From NCBI GenBank assembly GCA_937876355.1, contig CALFHN010000085.1:6069-70068 (forward strand): 64,000 nucleotides of DNA, in the 5' to 3' direction. Of the stretch, positions 1-10,050 are shown in pieces (position 1 is the stretch's first letter; each line of letters starts with the position of its first letter). Source of the stretch: an uncultured Bacteroidota bacterium. GTDB taxonomy: Bacteria > Bacteroidota > Rhodothermia > Rhodothermales > UBA10348. The notes beneath the pieces were generated by a model. That model was not told where the DNA came from. It did not search any database and saw only the letters and a list, made by a program, of their open reading frames with translations. The position numbers and the translations under genes were made by a program.

Positions 1-1433
1 GTATCTGGCTGAATATGCATAAAAATCCAGGGCGCTTCTTCGTGAACGATCTCCTGCATCCTATATCCTATCTGCATCCTGCGTTCCGCATCCAGCGCAG
101 TTTGTAACTCCACCCAAAGGGATTCGTACTCTGGGTTTTCCCACCGGTAAAAGTTGGACGGACTTGTAATGGTGAGATCCGCTGCTTCCGTCAAGAGCTC
201 GAATTCGCCCCCAGATCCTTGCATGAAAAGAGATGGCAGATCGTAGGAAAGCAATTTCGATCTATAATTTCCCCACTCGTAGGTCCGAACCCCATTTTTC
301 AGCGTTACTCCTACGTCGGCTAAATGAGCTTCAATAGTTTGTGCAAGCTCGAAATCTTGAATCCATTTCCCGAGAGGTGTGTCCATTGCGTCCAGCTCCA
401 ACCCATTCGGGTAACCAGCCTCGGCCAGCAACGCCCTGGCGCGATCTGGATCGTAGGGGTACGCCTCCAAAGTAGGATGGTTGAAAGGAGGGTTAAACAT
501 ATATGACATCCTCTCGACATGGCCTCCAAAGAGACCTTGGCTAATAGCATCGTAGTCTATGGCATAATTTAAAGCTTGTCGAACTCGCTTGTCTTTCAGG
601 GCAGCGTTGCCGCCGTTTGTCGTGATGCCAATCATCACGCGCCTTCCTCCCACAATCGCTGCAACGTGAACGCCGCGAGAATCATTCAATAGAGCTGCCT
701 GATCAAATGGAAGATCTGTAATGATATGCACCCCACCGGTTTCCAGCTCCGCAATTCGGGTTGATACCTCAGGAATCACGCGAAAAACAACGCGATTTGC
801 AAGTGGGGCAACTCCCCAATAGTCTGGGTTTGCGATGAGGCTAACATGACTATCCCGGATGCGCTCTTCGACGAGGTAGGGTCCCGTTCCAACTGCCTGT
901 TCAGCGCGTTCTGCATCGATTTTGCCCGCGTAATGCCCGGGAGGCAACATGAAAATTTGGGACATATAAAACGGCAACAAGGCCTTGGGGCCATTTGTAG
1001 TCAGATTGACCGTGAGGTCGTCAACAATCTCAATACGGATGATGTCTGCCGAGGGGATCGCCACAGAAGCTCCGCCCACGGTCTCCCCGTTCTTGTTTCG
1101 TTCGTAGATGGTTTCGATTGAATATTTGACGGCTGCTGCGCCAAATACTTCTCCGTTATGAAATCGGACACCGTCCCTGAGGTGAACTGTCCATGTTGTA
1201 TCTCCCTCCAATCGCTCCCATGACGTGGCGAGCAGGGGTTCGACTTCCATCTCGCGATTTATAAACGTCAGCGTCTGAAAAAGATGATCCGCGAAGGAAA
1301 TTTCAACTCGACTGAACATTCCGAAAGGATCTAGCGTGGAAATGTCGGTTGAGTTGGCAACCGTCAGGTCATTCGACTGCCCGCATCCTAAGCTCAGACT
1401 TGCCAAGACAACAAAAATGAAGGACTTCCTCAT
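1..1433 (-). CDS. ABC transporter substrate-binding lipoprotein, family 5 (Dpp/Opp/Nik type); C-terminus cut by window edge
   Basis: Absent from the ORF track because the frame is open at the window edge. My translation from the ATG at 1433-1431 gives MRKSFIFVVLASLSLGCGQ (lipobox LSLGC), then ...LATSWERLEGDTTWTVHLRDGVRFHNGE..., ...IANPDYWG..., ...VRQALNYAIDYD... These are typical of solute-binding protein family 5. The frame stays open to position 1. Confidence 0.8.
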   Translation of the reverse strand, partial: MRKSFIFVVLASLSLGCGQSNDLTVANSTDISTLDPFGMFSRVEISFADHLFQTLTFINREMEVEPLLATSWERLEGDTTWTVHLRDGVRFHNGEVFGAAAVKYSIETIYERNKNGETVGGASVAIPSADIIRIEIVDDLTVNLTTNGPKALLPFYMSQIFMLPPGHYAGKIDAERAEQAVGTGPYLVEERIRDSHVSLIANPDYWGVAPLANRVVFRVIPEVSTRIAELETGGVHIITDLPFDQAALLNDSRGVHVAAIVGGRRVMIGITTNGGNAALKDKRVRQALNYAIDYDAISQGLFGGHVERMSYMFNPPFNHPTLEAYPYDPDRARALLAEAGYPNGLELDAMDTPLGKWIQDFELAQTIEAHLADVGVTLKNGVRTYEWGNYRSKLLSYDLPSLFMQGSGGEFELLTEAADLTITSPSNFYRWENPEYESLWVELQTALDAERRMQIGYRMQEIVHEEAPWIFMHIQPD

Positions 1434-1887
1434 GCTACCACACCGTTTTACGAAACGCACCGAACACGAACCGGCAAAACCTAACAAGAACATTCTTGTA
1501 ATCCAACTGCACCTACCTCATCAAAAGACTTGGAACTAACATCATTTTGAAGGCGGAGCAATTCGCTTCGCAGCGAGGAACGTTACTGCTGTTCTGAAAA
1601 ATACGGGTTGATATGCTTTTTAAGTCATCCGTAGGCCGCGATGGATTGATATGCCAGGATGTAGGGAGGGATGCAGATCAGCCAAATAATTGCAAGGACC
1701 CCGAGATGTGTCATTGAGGATCATAAAGAAGTTGAAGGGATCGTACACCCTGCCTATTACGTTCCTATATTTGTGAGGTTTGTAGGAATCGAATGATCTT
1801 CGAGCGCGTCTATATTATGACACTACGCACATGCAAAGTAACGATAACACGTCCGCTTAGAAGCGTATAGAATCAGGCCAATTATTA

Positions 1888-2931
1888 ATGATATCCAGAT
1901 TTCGGTTAGCGGCACTTGCCTGCGTTTTGCTGAGTTCAAGCTCGGCAACTGCCCAGGTCACTTCAAAAGTATTAAATCCTGACATTAGTTTGATTGGGGA
2001 TTTTCGAGCATGGTACACATCAGTCGGACCCCGCAATGTAGATATGGAAATGCATGAGGTGGAATCGTCATTTCGGTCGGTCATTGATCCATTTGCCAGA
2101 GCTGACATTTTTATTGGAATGGGTCATAACGATGGTGAATTTGAATTTGAACTGGAAGAAGCCTATCTGACCACCTTGGGTTTGCCGTTTCAATTACAAG
2201 CGAAAGCGGGCAAATTTCGAAGCAATATCGGCAAAATCAATCGTTTGCATCCACACGCGCTACCTTTCATTGATGTACCGGCCGTTTATGCCAATTTTTT
2301 TGGTGATGAAGGCCTAAACGATCAGGGTGCTTCCTTGAATTGGTTGGTGCCAAACAGCCGTTTCTATCAAGAACTTTCCTTCGAAATGACCCGTGGACCG
2401 GGCGAAAGCGAGAGTTTTGCCCGAAACGATGGCAACAAGATGCTTTACACGAGCCATCTAAAGAATTTCTGGGACCTATCGGACGATGCCAGTCTGGAAC
2501 TCGGAGTAAGTGGATTGGCCGGCCCAAATAACGTTGGAAGCACGACTACAATTGTTGGATTGGACGCCACTTACAAGTGGAAACCGCTCCAATTTAATAC
2601 TTTTAAGTCCCTAACGCTGCAGTTTGAAGCGTTTCAAAGCAGGAAGGATATTGGTTCAGAAATTATCATTGCAAATGGGATGTATGCCCTTATCAACTAT
2701 CAACTGGCTCGGCGGTGGTTCTTGTCGGGCCGCTTTGATCATGCCGATCTTCCAGAAAATCCCGATTGGAACGAAAAAGCGATTTCGACGACCCTGGGTT
2801 GGTATCTAAGTGAATATCAAAAAATTGAACTAGGAGGGCGCTCGTCTTGGGGCCCAGATCTTGACCAATCATACCAAGCCCTGCTCGGCATAGTATTTGT
2901 AATTGGTACACACGGGGCTCACGAGTACTAG
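1888..2931 (+). CDS. putative outer-membrane beta-barrel (porin-like) protein linked to the metal-uptake genes
   Basis: 347-aa ORF with a signal peptide (LLSSSSATAQ). The sequence alternates amphipathic and aromatic residues throughout and ends in an aromatic residue (…HGAHEY). It contains His/acidic patches (GMGHNDGEFEFELEE, RLHPHALPF). It sits directly upstream of the ZnuA-like gene. The family assignment is not certain. Confidence 0.5.
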   Translation: MISRFRLAALACVLLSSSSATAQVTSKVLNPDISLIGDFRAWYTSVGPRNVDMEMHEVESSFRSVIDPFARADIFIGMGHNDGEFEFELEEAYLTTLGLPFQLQAKAGKFRSNIGKINRLHPHALPFIDVPAVYANFFGDEGLNDQGASLNWLVPNSRFYQELSFEMTRGPGESESFARNDGNKMLYTSHLKNFWDLSDDASLELGVSGLAGPNNVGSTTTIVGLDATYKWKPLQFNTFKSLTLQFEAFQSRKDIGSEIIIANGMYALINYQLARRWFLSGRFDHADLPENPDWNEKAISTTLGWYLSEYQKIELGGRSSWGPDLDQSYQALLGIVFVIGTHGAHEY

Positions 2932-2959
2932 AATTCCTACGTACTTTGACACCATTCAA

Positions 2960-3913
2960 ATGACTTTAATGAGCGATGAAATAATGACCGTGATTCGATT
3001 GAAATTTGTGGTGCAGGTTCTTCTTATGGGCCTTTTAACGATGTCGGCCTCAGCACAGAAAAAGCTGAACGTAGTCACGACGCTTACTGATCTTCAGCAG
3101 ATTGCCGAGCAAATCGGCGGTGACAAAGTCAAGGTAATTTCGATAGCGACGGGGTATCAGAACCCCCATTTTGTCGACCCAAAACCTAGCCATATTTTGA
3201 AACTCGGGCAGGCTGACATGTTCATTACCACGGGCTTAGACCTAACTAACGGCTGGGCTCCGCCTCTACTTGCAAGCTCTAGAAATACAAAAATACAAGC
3301 TGGAACTCCCGGATATGTGGACACCTCCATTGGAATACCTCTCTTGAATGTTCCGACCAGCGTTAGCCGAGAGCAGGGGGATATCCACGTTTTCGGAAAT
3401 CCTCACTATTGGTTGGATCCAACACTTGGGCATATCATCGCCCAAAACATATTTAACGGCCTTGTTAAGCTTCAACCCGCAAATGAGGCCTATTTTCAGG
3501 CCAATTTGAAAGTATTCAATGCGACGCTAGATACCAAAATTTCAGAGTGGCAAGCCAAAATGAAGCCATACGCGGGCACAAAAATCGTCGCGTATCACGA
3601 TCAGTGGCCCTATTTCGAGACGGCCTTTGGCCTTAAAATAATGGGGTTTTTGGAACCGAAGCCTGGGATTCCACCTTCGCCATCCCAGTTGGCAAAAGTT
3701 ATCAATACAATGTCAAATGACGGTATTTCCGTAATTATCATGTCGCCGTACGAAAAGGCGGACGCCGCAAATCTGGTAGCTGGAAAAGTAGGTGGGTCGG
3801 TCCTGACATTAGCTACATCGGCTGGGGCCTTTAAAGAGGTCAAGACGTACTTTGATGTGTTCGATTATAACGTTAATCTTATTGTTGCAGCTTTTCAAAA
3901 GACAAGCCACTAG
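2960..3913 (+). CDS. metal ABC transporter substrate-binding protein (ZnuA/TroA, cluster 9 type)
   Basis: ORF 2903..3913. I prefer the ATG at 2960, which lies after the upstream stop and is followed by a signal-like segment (LLMGLLTMSASAQ). NVVTTLTDLQQIAEQIGGDKVKV...NPHFVDPKPS...GNPHYWLDP are hallmarks of the ZnuA/TroA family. Confidence 0.85.
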   Translation: MTLMSDEIMTVIRLKFVVQVLLMGLLTMSASAQKKLNVVTTLTDLQQIAEQIGGDKVKVISIATGYQNPHFVDPKPSHILKLGQADMFITTGLDLTNGWAPPLLASSRNTKIQAGTPGYVDTSIGIPLLNVPTSVSREQGDIHVFGNPHYWLDPTLGHIIAQNIFNGLVKLQPANEAYFQANLKVFNATLDTKISEWQAKMKPYAGTKIVAYHDQWPYFETAFGLKIMGFLEPKPGIPPSPSQLAKVINTMSNDGISVIIMSPYEKADAANLVAGKVGGSVLTLATSAGAFKEVKTYFDVFDYNVNLIVAAFQKTSH

Positions 3914-3946
3914 AAAGGGCTCCCACCTTAATATCTGTTCACGTTA

Positions 3947-4753
3947 ATGGAATTGTTCGCTCTGGATTTTGTGCGAAATGCGCTCATTGTTAGCGTCATC
4001 ATGGGGCTTTTGCTCTCCTACCTTGGTGTTCACGTCGTAGGTCGGGGAATCGTTTTTGTTGACCTTGCTTTGGGACAGATTTCCATGCTTGGGGTGGCTT
4101 TTGCCGCTTACTTCGAAATGGATCCCTTAATCATTTCTGTGGCATTTACGTTGGTCGGGGCGTTATTGATGTCCTTCATCAAAGTGACCGACAAACGACT
4201 CAAGCTCGAATCGATTATTGGGATTCTGTATGCCGTTTCCTCGGCTGTGACGGTTCTGCTGATATCCAAAGCAGCCCACGGAGATGCAGATATTCAAGAA
4301 GTCCTATTTGGAAGCGTTTTTACGGCTACCAGCGCGCAATACATCCCGATGGCGGTCGTCTTCGCCATTTTGGGAGTCGTCCATTTCATCTTTAGGAAGC
4401 AATTTTTCGAGATCACCAAAAAATTTGAATCGCGGGATGTTGAAAATTTGGGCGCATTTAATATTTGGAACTTCCTGTTTTACATCTCCATTGGACTGGC
4501 CATCGTGTTGGCCGTTCGGATTGGCGGCGTTATTCCCATCTTCGCCTACCTCGTAGTACCGCCGGTCTCAGCCGTTTTAATGACCCGTACCAATACTAGC
4601 TTGGTGTTGATTTCGCTCTTGGTCGGTGTCGTTGGAAGTATTGCCGGCATCTACTTCTCCGTCACCTTCGACTTCCCCGCTGGCTCTTCCGTTGTAGCCA
4701 TGCTCGGGGCGATCTTTGCGGTCGCCGCACTCGTGAGGTTGGTGCGGAGGTAG
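3947..4753 (+). CDS. metal ABC transporter permease (ABC-3 family, ZnuB/TroC-like)
   Basis: 268-aa polytopic membrane protein that follows the binding-protein gene directly. Its length and hydrophobic pattern fit the ABC-3 family. Confidence 0.85.
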   Translation: MELFALDFVRNALIVSVIMGLLLSYLGVHVVGRGIVFVDLALGQISMLGVAFAAYFEMDPLIISVAFTLVGALLMSFIKVTDKRLKLESIIGILYAVSSAVTVLLISKAAHGDADIQEVLFGSVFTATSAQYIPMAVVFAILGVVHFIFRKQFFEITKKFESRDVENLGAFNIWNFLFYISIGLAIVLAVRIGGVIPIFAYLVVPPVSAVLMTRTNTSLVLISLLVGVVGSIAGIYFSVTFDFPAGSSVVAMLGAIFAVAALVRLVRR

Positions 4754-4873
4754 GGTTCCTACCTACTTCTGCTGATCGCCGAATTTGCAAATAACGAGAA
4801 AGTTATATCGTCGAAGATCCGTGTCATTCAACTGGAACCCCCAATACCAGAAATGATATAATTATTATACCTT

Positions 4874-5140
4874 TTGTATATATTCGATCTAGACAAAAGT
4901 CGCTCCAACGAACTAAAACACGGAATTAACTTCGTGGAAGCTCAAGCCATTTGGGATGACCCTTACATGATAGAGTGGCCCGCCCACTCTAATGAAGAGC
5001 CCAGACGCGCAATCACCGGCGCTTTTGATGGCAAGTTGTGGACAGCAATTGTCACACAACGCGAAAACACAATCCGCATAATATCCGTACGAAGAGCACG
5101 AAAAAATGAAGCCCAAAACTATTTCAGCGGCCGAATTTGA
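4874..5140 (+). CDS. brnT: BrnT-family type II toxin (DUF497 ribonuclease)
   Basis: 88 aa with a TTG start. FDLDKSRSNELKHGINFVEAQAIWDDP...ISVRRARKNE matches the BrnT pattern (KxxxNxxKHGxxFxEAxxxFxDP). It overlaps the downstream antitoxin gene. Confidence 0.8.
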   Translation: MYIFDLDKSRSNELKHGINFVEAQAIWDDPYMIEWPAHSNEEPRRAITGAFDGKLWTAIVTQRENTIRIISVRRARKNEAQNYFSGRI

Positions 5141-5363
5141 TCGGCTATTTGACGAAGGACATGATATCTGGGAATACTTGGATCACTCCAAGGCACGTCG
5201 CCCTAACTTGGAACCGAAGCGAGTTAATGTAGACTTCCCGAAGTGGATGGTCGCCCGTTTAGATGCGGAGTCAAAACGGTTAGGTGTAACCCGGCAATCG
5301 CTTATCAAGACTTGGATCGGGGACCGCATGAAACTGGAGGAAGAGAAGGGTAAAAAGTCTTAA
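5106..5363 (+). CDS. brnA: BrnA-family antitoxin (ribbon-helix-helix)
   Basis: 85 aa. RVNVDFPKWMVARLDAESKRLGVTRQSLIKTWI is a CopG/RHH-type C-terminus typical of BrnA. It overlaps brnT by 35 nt. Confidence 0.75.
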   Translation: MKPKTISAAEFDRLFDEGHDIWEYLDHSKARRPNLEPKRVNVDFPKWMVARLDAESKRLGVTRQSLIKTWIGDRMKLEEEKGKKS

Positions 5364-5412
5364 AACCGAAGCACGTTACGGATCTTGGGGGCCGTCCATT
5401 TCATTACATAGG

Positions 5413-6132
5413 TCATACCCCTGACGGATATTCCTCTTCAACCATTTTCTTTAGGCGTGTCAGGTTTTCTTCCTTATAGGCCAGTTCAAGAAGCGGCGCC
5501 AGCTCCTCATAGACCAGATCCCAATCCATGGTTTCGCCGCTTCGCTGGATGATGCGTTGGATATCTGCCCAATCCCTAAGCCTTCCTGCAACCGTCTTCA
5601 TGACGGTCAGATCAATAGCCGAGCAGATGTGCAACGGTGCATCGAGACCATAATCTTGGTCTACCGCACGCGCCATCATTCGACTTTCGTATGGAGTATA
5701 GCCGATCGATATATCAACTTGTTTTCCCTTTGGAGAGACACCGAGATACATTCGACCTACCGAGAATATTTCTCCGGAATCCTCAACTCGTGACTCTAAA
5801 TAGTGGTCCAACACGTCAAAAACGTCGGATTCCTTGCCTAACTCACAAAAAATGGTCAGGTCGACATCATCCGTTTGTCGTACTTCTCCCCAACGTTGAA
5901 GGGCGACCCCTCCAATAAAACAGAATTTGATTCCGTTTTTCTGCAAAACCTTTTGCAGATCCAAAGCTTCTTGAAAGAGGTACGTTGAGGATTCCCTCAC
6001 AAGGTGGACGTACGGAAGCGTATCGAGCCATTTTGCGTGAGTCTGGTTCTTCAGGTCGCGCACGCGTAGCTCTTCCGCGCGGCGGTAGCCCCACTCCCTA
6101 TCTATTCTATTTCTGAGTGTTTCGATGTCCAT
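5413..6132 (-). CDS. nucleotidyltransferase-fold protein (Pol-beta superfamily)
   Basis: ORF 5413..6177. I prefer the ATG at 6132. FCFIGGVALQRWGEVRQTDDVDLTIF fits the GG-x-A...D-x-D nucleotidyltransferase motif. No HEPN-like partner is visible. Confidence 0.55.
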   Translation of the reverse strand: MDIETLRNRIDREWGYRRAEELRVRDLKNQTHAKWLDTLPYVHLVRESSTYLFQEALDLQKVLQKNGIKFCFIGGVALQRWGEVRQTDDVDLTIFCELGKESDVFDVLDHYLESRVEDSGEIFSVGRMYLGVSPKGKQVDISIGYTPYESRMMARAVDQDYGLDAPLHICSAIDLTVMKTVAGRLRDWADIQRIIQRSGETMDWDLVYEELAPLLELAYKEENLTRLKKMVEEEYPSGV

Positions 6133-6240
6133 AGCATAAATATAGACTCTCAAAGCAGTGATTCGTAACGTAATCAACCGCGAGAATTTACTTCGAAGGG
6201 TTGAAATCGGTCACCCGACCTTAAGCACGAGCTCGGATAA

Positions 6241-8943
6241 CTACCTTTTCGGCCTTAACTCCGCCGATAAGTTGACCAAAACGTGCAGGTCAACCACCCT
6301 CCGTTCAGCGTCTCGAGCTTCCGTGGAGTTTGCATCGAAATTTGCGATCAAGAACCTAATTCCATCCGAAAACACTTCAAATAGATTGGTAGTAACCATC
6401 GTTTCATTGATGGCGCTGTTGCTGGGGACGCCTATGGGCGAAAACACAGGCTCTGTTTGAACTTGAATGCCTTCAATGTGGCCGTCTACATTTACCGCAT
6501 AAATCATCGATTCGTCGGGAGCCCATTTGGGTAACGTCATCGAATTGTTCCATAATGTGACAGGGGCGCTGTTTAAAGCCTCCATCGATTGGACATAGAT
6601 ACCGCCCTGGTCCTCGTATACCACATATTTTCCGCTGGGCGAGAAGTCGAAGTGGCGTCCGTTGCCACCAGGAGTCTTGAAGGAAGGACCGTTCAGATTG
6701 AAGGCGCGACCATTTTTAAGGTTGTACAGAACAGCAACCGTCCCTGCGTCGATGGAAGGCGAAATCCCAGCCGCCATGACCGCCCACTCGTTATTCGGCG
6801 AAACGGCCAAATCAACAAACTCCGGGGTCTGGTCGTTGAATATTTTCCTCGTCGCGCCTCTACCCGTGGCTGCCATAATATTGAGGGCATCACTGGCGCC
6901 GTTGGATATAAAATAAAGGGAATCGCCTTTGGCGTTCCATGCTGGATAATCGCTTCGGCCGTCCGTTGTCAGGGCTCTGCGGGTCTTGGTTTCAAAATCC
7001 AGTATCCAAATGTCCCGAGCCACGACCCCATCCGGCTGGACGTCTCCTTGAATGACCACAGCAGCCATTTTTTGATTCGGGTGAATGGATCCGCTTCTGT
7101 AAATGCCGCCCGGAAAGGTGTCAATGCCTGTTTCAATTTGTAGTGATCGCCCAGCTTTTCGTACAACCCCTGGAAGGCCAGGTCTCGATTCACGAATGGC
7201 TCCCGTATTCGTGCCCACATGAACGAGCGTGCCCTCGAGAGAAATACTCATTCCTTCGGGCTGAACGTTGCGTTCAACGGAAACCAACGGGCCGGTGGGT
7301 TTGAGCGTCTTGATATCGAAAGGAAGGGCTACCAGATCGCCGTTAATCACAAAAATGAGGCTTCCTGAAGGGTCCCACTGAACCCGCCGTCCTGGATAGT
7401 CTAAATAGCCAAGGTTTTTTCCTGACTCAATGTCCCAGAATCCGATTTTTTCTAGAGGATCGGCGAACTGGGCTGTCGCGACCAAGATTTTTCCACCAGG
7501 CAGAACATATGGAAAGTCAATGTCCTCTTCGCCGTTTAGTGAATCTCTAGCAATGACTTGCCTTTTTTCGGTCGTCGTCAACGAAACTCCCCAAACCGAA
7601 GTACGCTCCTCATAAACGATATAGTCCTCAGAGGCCCATTCTGCTCGTGGTCCACCCTCCCAAGTCTCTATAATATCGACTATCGCCCCAGTCGAAATTG
7701 TAAGCCGCTGAATTCCCGCAGAGGTAGTGAGCAACAAGTCTTCGCCGTTGTCGGAAAACGCTGCATGGACGTATACTTCGGGAAGGTCATAATCTCTAAA
7801 TTTCCCAGTTGAAAGGTCCAAAACACGAACTAAATCCGTCAGAAAGGCCACTTTATCGCCCCTAGGAGAAATGTCTAGCGAGGCAATGACGCCGCCAATA
7901 GCAACCGGCTGGATGAGTCGTTTGGGCGAAATGGTGCCCTGCGGCCCGGGGGTTGGCCAAACCAGCCACATGAGCGCTACAACCAGGGCGCCCACGAGCC
8001 CAAAGACAATGGGAGCCACGCTAGGTTTCTTAGCGGCGGCGGAAGGAAGCGCGGCCGAGGCTGCCGCTGGCATCGAAGCCACACTGGCAGTCCGGCTCAG
8101 GCCCGCACTTTTTAAGTCCACGGTTCTAAGGTCCACCATCAAGTCCGAGGCAGTCTGATACCGATCCTCTTTCTTTTTGGCCAGAAGCTTGGCAATGATC
8201 CATTCCAATCCCATCGGAACGCCGGTCCTTAAGGCGGTTGGCGGCGCCGGGTCTTCATTGAGAATGGAGTACACAACCGCTTGCTCGTAGTCCCCACCAA
8301 ATGGGCTTCGTCCAGCCACCATTTCATACAAAACCACTCCTAAAGCCCATAAATCGGCGCGACCGTCCACTTCTTCGCCCCTCGCTTGCTCGGGGCTCTT
8401 GTAGGCAATGGTCCCCATGGTCGAGCCCAACCGTGTGAGCTGCGTGGACTGGGCCGTTTTGGCGAGCCCAAAGTCCAGGACTTTGGGCTCGCCCTTCGCC
8501 GTCATCATCACATTTGCTGTTTTGATGTCCCGATGCACAATGTTTTTCCCGTGCGCTGCTTCCAAAGCGCTCGCTATACTGGAAGCAATCCGTACCGCCT
8601 CGTCCAGCTTCATTGGGCCGGCTTTTATCCTGTCCTCGAGGGATTCGCCATCAATAAACTCCATGGCAATAAAGGGCCGAGGTTCGTCCTTCGCGCCTCC
8701 TTCGGGCACCGCTTCATCAATCTCGTGGATGGCCGCAATATTGGGATGATTAAGCTGAGCTGCTGCTTTGGCCTCTCGATAGAAACGTGCCCGGTCGTCG
8801 GAATTGGCCAAGGCCGAGGCCGGCAACAGCTTTAGTGCTACGGTCCGGTCGAGTTTGGTATCTTCCGCTCGGTACACGATTCCCATGCCGCCCCGACCGA
8901 GTTCTTCCAAGATTCGATAATGAGATAGCGTGGTGCCGATCAT
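6241..8943 (-). CDS. Ser/Thr protein kinase with one TM segment and a C-terminal TolB/WD40-like beta-propeller region
   Basis: 900 aa. Kinase motifs: GRGGMGIVY, VALK, HRDIKTANVM, DFGLA, SPEQ. These are followed by a hydrophobic segment (IVFGLVGALVVALMWLVW) and about 550 aa of repetitive beta-rich sequence. Confidence 0.85.
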   Translation of the reverse strand: MIGTTLSHYRILEELGRGGMGIVYRAEDTKLDRTVALKLLPASALANSDDRARFYREAKAAAQLNHPNIAAIHEIDEAVPEGGAKDEPRPFIAMEFIDGESLEDRIKAGPMKLDEAVRIASSIASALEAAHGKNIVHRDIKTANVMMTAKGEPKVLDFGLAKTAQSTQLTRLGSTMGTIAYKSPEQARGEEVDGRADLWALGVVLYEMVAGRSPFGGDYEQAVVYSILNEDPAPPTALRTGVPMGLEWIIAKLLAKKKEDRYQTASDLMVDLRTVDLKSAGLSRTASVASMPAAASAALPSAAAKKPSVAPIVFGLVGALVVALMWLVWPTPGPQGTISPKRLIQPVAIGGVIASLDISPRGDKVAFLTDLVRVLDLSTGKFRDYDLPEVYVHAAFSDNGEDLLLTTSAGIQRLTISTGAIVDIIETWEGGPRAEWASEDYIVYEERTSVWGVSLTTTEKRQVIARDSLNGEEDIDFPYVLPGGKILVATAQFADPLEKIGFWDIESGKNLGYLDYPGRRVQWDPSGSLIFVINGDLVALPFDIKTLKPTGPLVSVERNVQPEGMSISLEGTLVHVGTNTGAIRESRPGLPGVVRKAGRSLQIETGIDTFPGGIYRSGSIHPNQKMAAVVIQGDVQPDGVVARDIWILDFETKTRRALTTDGRSDYPAWNAKGDSLYFISNGASDALNIMAATGRGATRKIFNDQTPEFVDLAVSPNNEWAVMAAGISPSIDAGTVAVLYNLKNGRAFNLNGPSFKTPGGNGRHFDFSPSGKYVVYEDQGGIYVQSMEALNSAPVTLWNNSMTLPKWAPDESMIYAVNVDGHIEGIQVQTEPVFSPIGVPSNSAINETMVTTNLFEVFSDGIRFLIANFDANSTEARDAERRVVDLHVLVNLSAELRPKR

Positions 8944-9134
8944 GTACGTGTGGGGATCTTAAAAGCGTGCGATAAATGTGAACTGTTCTGATAATACGAT
9001 TAAACCGGAAATCCATCTGCGGACTACAAGCAAACTTTCATCTCAATGTTCTACATTTCATCAACTCCTTTCACTAATCTGATCCCCCAACATCCGAGGA
9101 CAAAGCACTGAGCGATTCATTATTTAAAGACAAA

Positions 9135-9902
9135 GTGGTCTGCGTGGCCGCCTCTTCGGCCGGGCTTGGATTTGGCATTGCGGAGGCGGTGGCCAAACAA
9201 GGCGGAAGCGTTTCAATGGCCAGCCGGACGCAATCCAGCATCGAAAAAGCGGCCAAAACGCTGTCCGATACACATGGAGCAAGAACCAAAGGCTATGTAA
9301 TGGATGCCACGGATCCTGCGTCAATTTCAGCCTGGATAGACGCCACCGTACGTGATTTCGGGCGAATTGACGGATTAGTCGTCAACGCCGGAGGGCCCCC
9401 TCCAGGAAAATTTGACAAGTTTACGGACGAAGAGTGGGCCAAAGGGTTTAATTTGACCCTGATGAGCGCCGTCCGCATGATTCGGGGTGTTCTTCCGACC
9501 ATGAGAAGCCAGGGATCTGGTTCGATCGTAACTATTACATCGTCATCCATCAAAGAACCAATCGATATCCTGTTGCTTTCGAACGTGTTTCGTTCGGGGG
9601 TTGTGAGCCTCGTTAAAAGCCTATCTCCTGACCTTGCCAAAGAGGGTATCCGAATCAACAATTTGGTACCCGGACAGATCGACACGGATCGGGTGCGGGC
9701 GAATGATGAGTATGCATCGACTGCGCAAGGACTGCCCATTGGCGAAATTCAAAAACAACGCTACCAGGCCATTCCCATGGGACGCTACGGCACGATTCAA
9801 GAATTTGGAGAAGTAGGCGCCTTTTTGCTCTCTGATTCCGCTCGGTACATCACTGGTGCAACCCTATTTGTTGATGGTGGAAAAAGCAAAACGGTGTGGT
9901 AG
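9135..9902 (+). CDS. SDR-family oxidoreductase (3-oxoacyl-ACP reductase-like)
   Basis: AASSAGLGFGIA (Gly-rich dinucleotide motif), NAGGPPPG, and a C-terminal ITGATLFVDGG. The GTG start at 9135 is uncertain. The frame is open upstream to 9078 without an ATG. Confidence 0.8.
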   Translation: MVCVAASSAGLGFGIAEAVAKQGGSVSMASRTQSSIEKAAKTLSDTHGARTKGYVMDATDPASISAWIDATVRDFGRIDGLVVNAGGPPPGKFDKFTDEEWAKGFNLTLMSAVRMIRGVLPTMRSQGSGSIVTITSSSIKEPIDILLLSNVFRSGVVSLVKSLSPDLAKEGIRINNLVPGQIDTDRVRANDEYASTAQGLPIGEIQKQRYQAIPMGRYGTIQEFGEVGAFLLSDSARYITGATLFVDGGKSKTVW

Positions 9903-10050
9903 GTTGCAAAAAAACTGAGGTCGTCCTCTACGCATTACGTGTTGTTGAAGGAATGACGGGGAACTACCTTTCGTCTTTAAAGCAGTTGAACGAACTCGGC
10001 GCCGTGGTTCGCTCGTTCAATGTCCGCTAAAATTTGAATTTTTTTGCTCG

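Noticed and set aside
1625-1714. 29-aa hydrophobic minus-strand mini-ORF (MTHLGVLAIIWLICIPPYILAYQSIAAYG) in the divergent intergenic region.
   Set aside because: It may be a small membrane peptide, but nothing supports it beyond an open frame and hydrophobicity. This is too weak to call.
1881-1892. AT-rich quasi-palindrome ATTATTAATGAT overlapping the start codon of the porin-like gene, considered as a possible Zur/Fur-type operator.
   Set aside because: It is only 12 bp with two mismatches in an AT-rich region. It does not match any Zur or Fur consensus I can state with confidence.
6589-7143. 184-aa plus-strand ORF, with several similar ORFs between 8386 and 8835.
   Set aside because: They are antisense to the 900-aa kinase/propeller gene and have no motifs.
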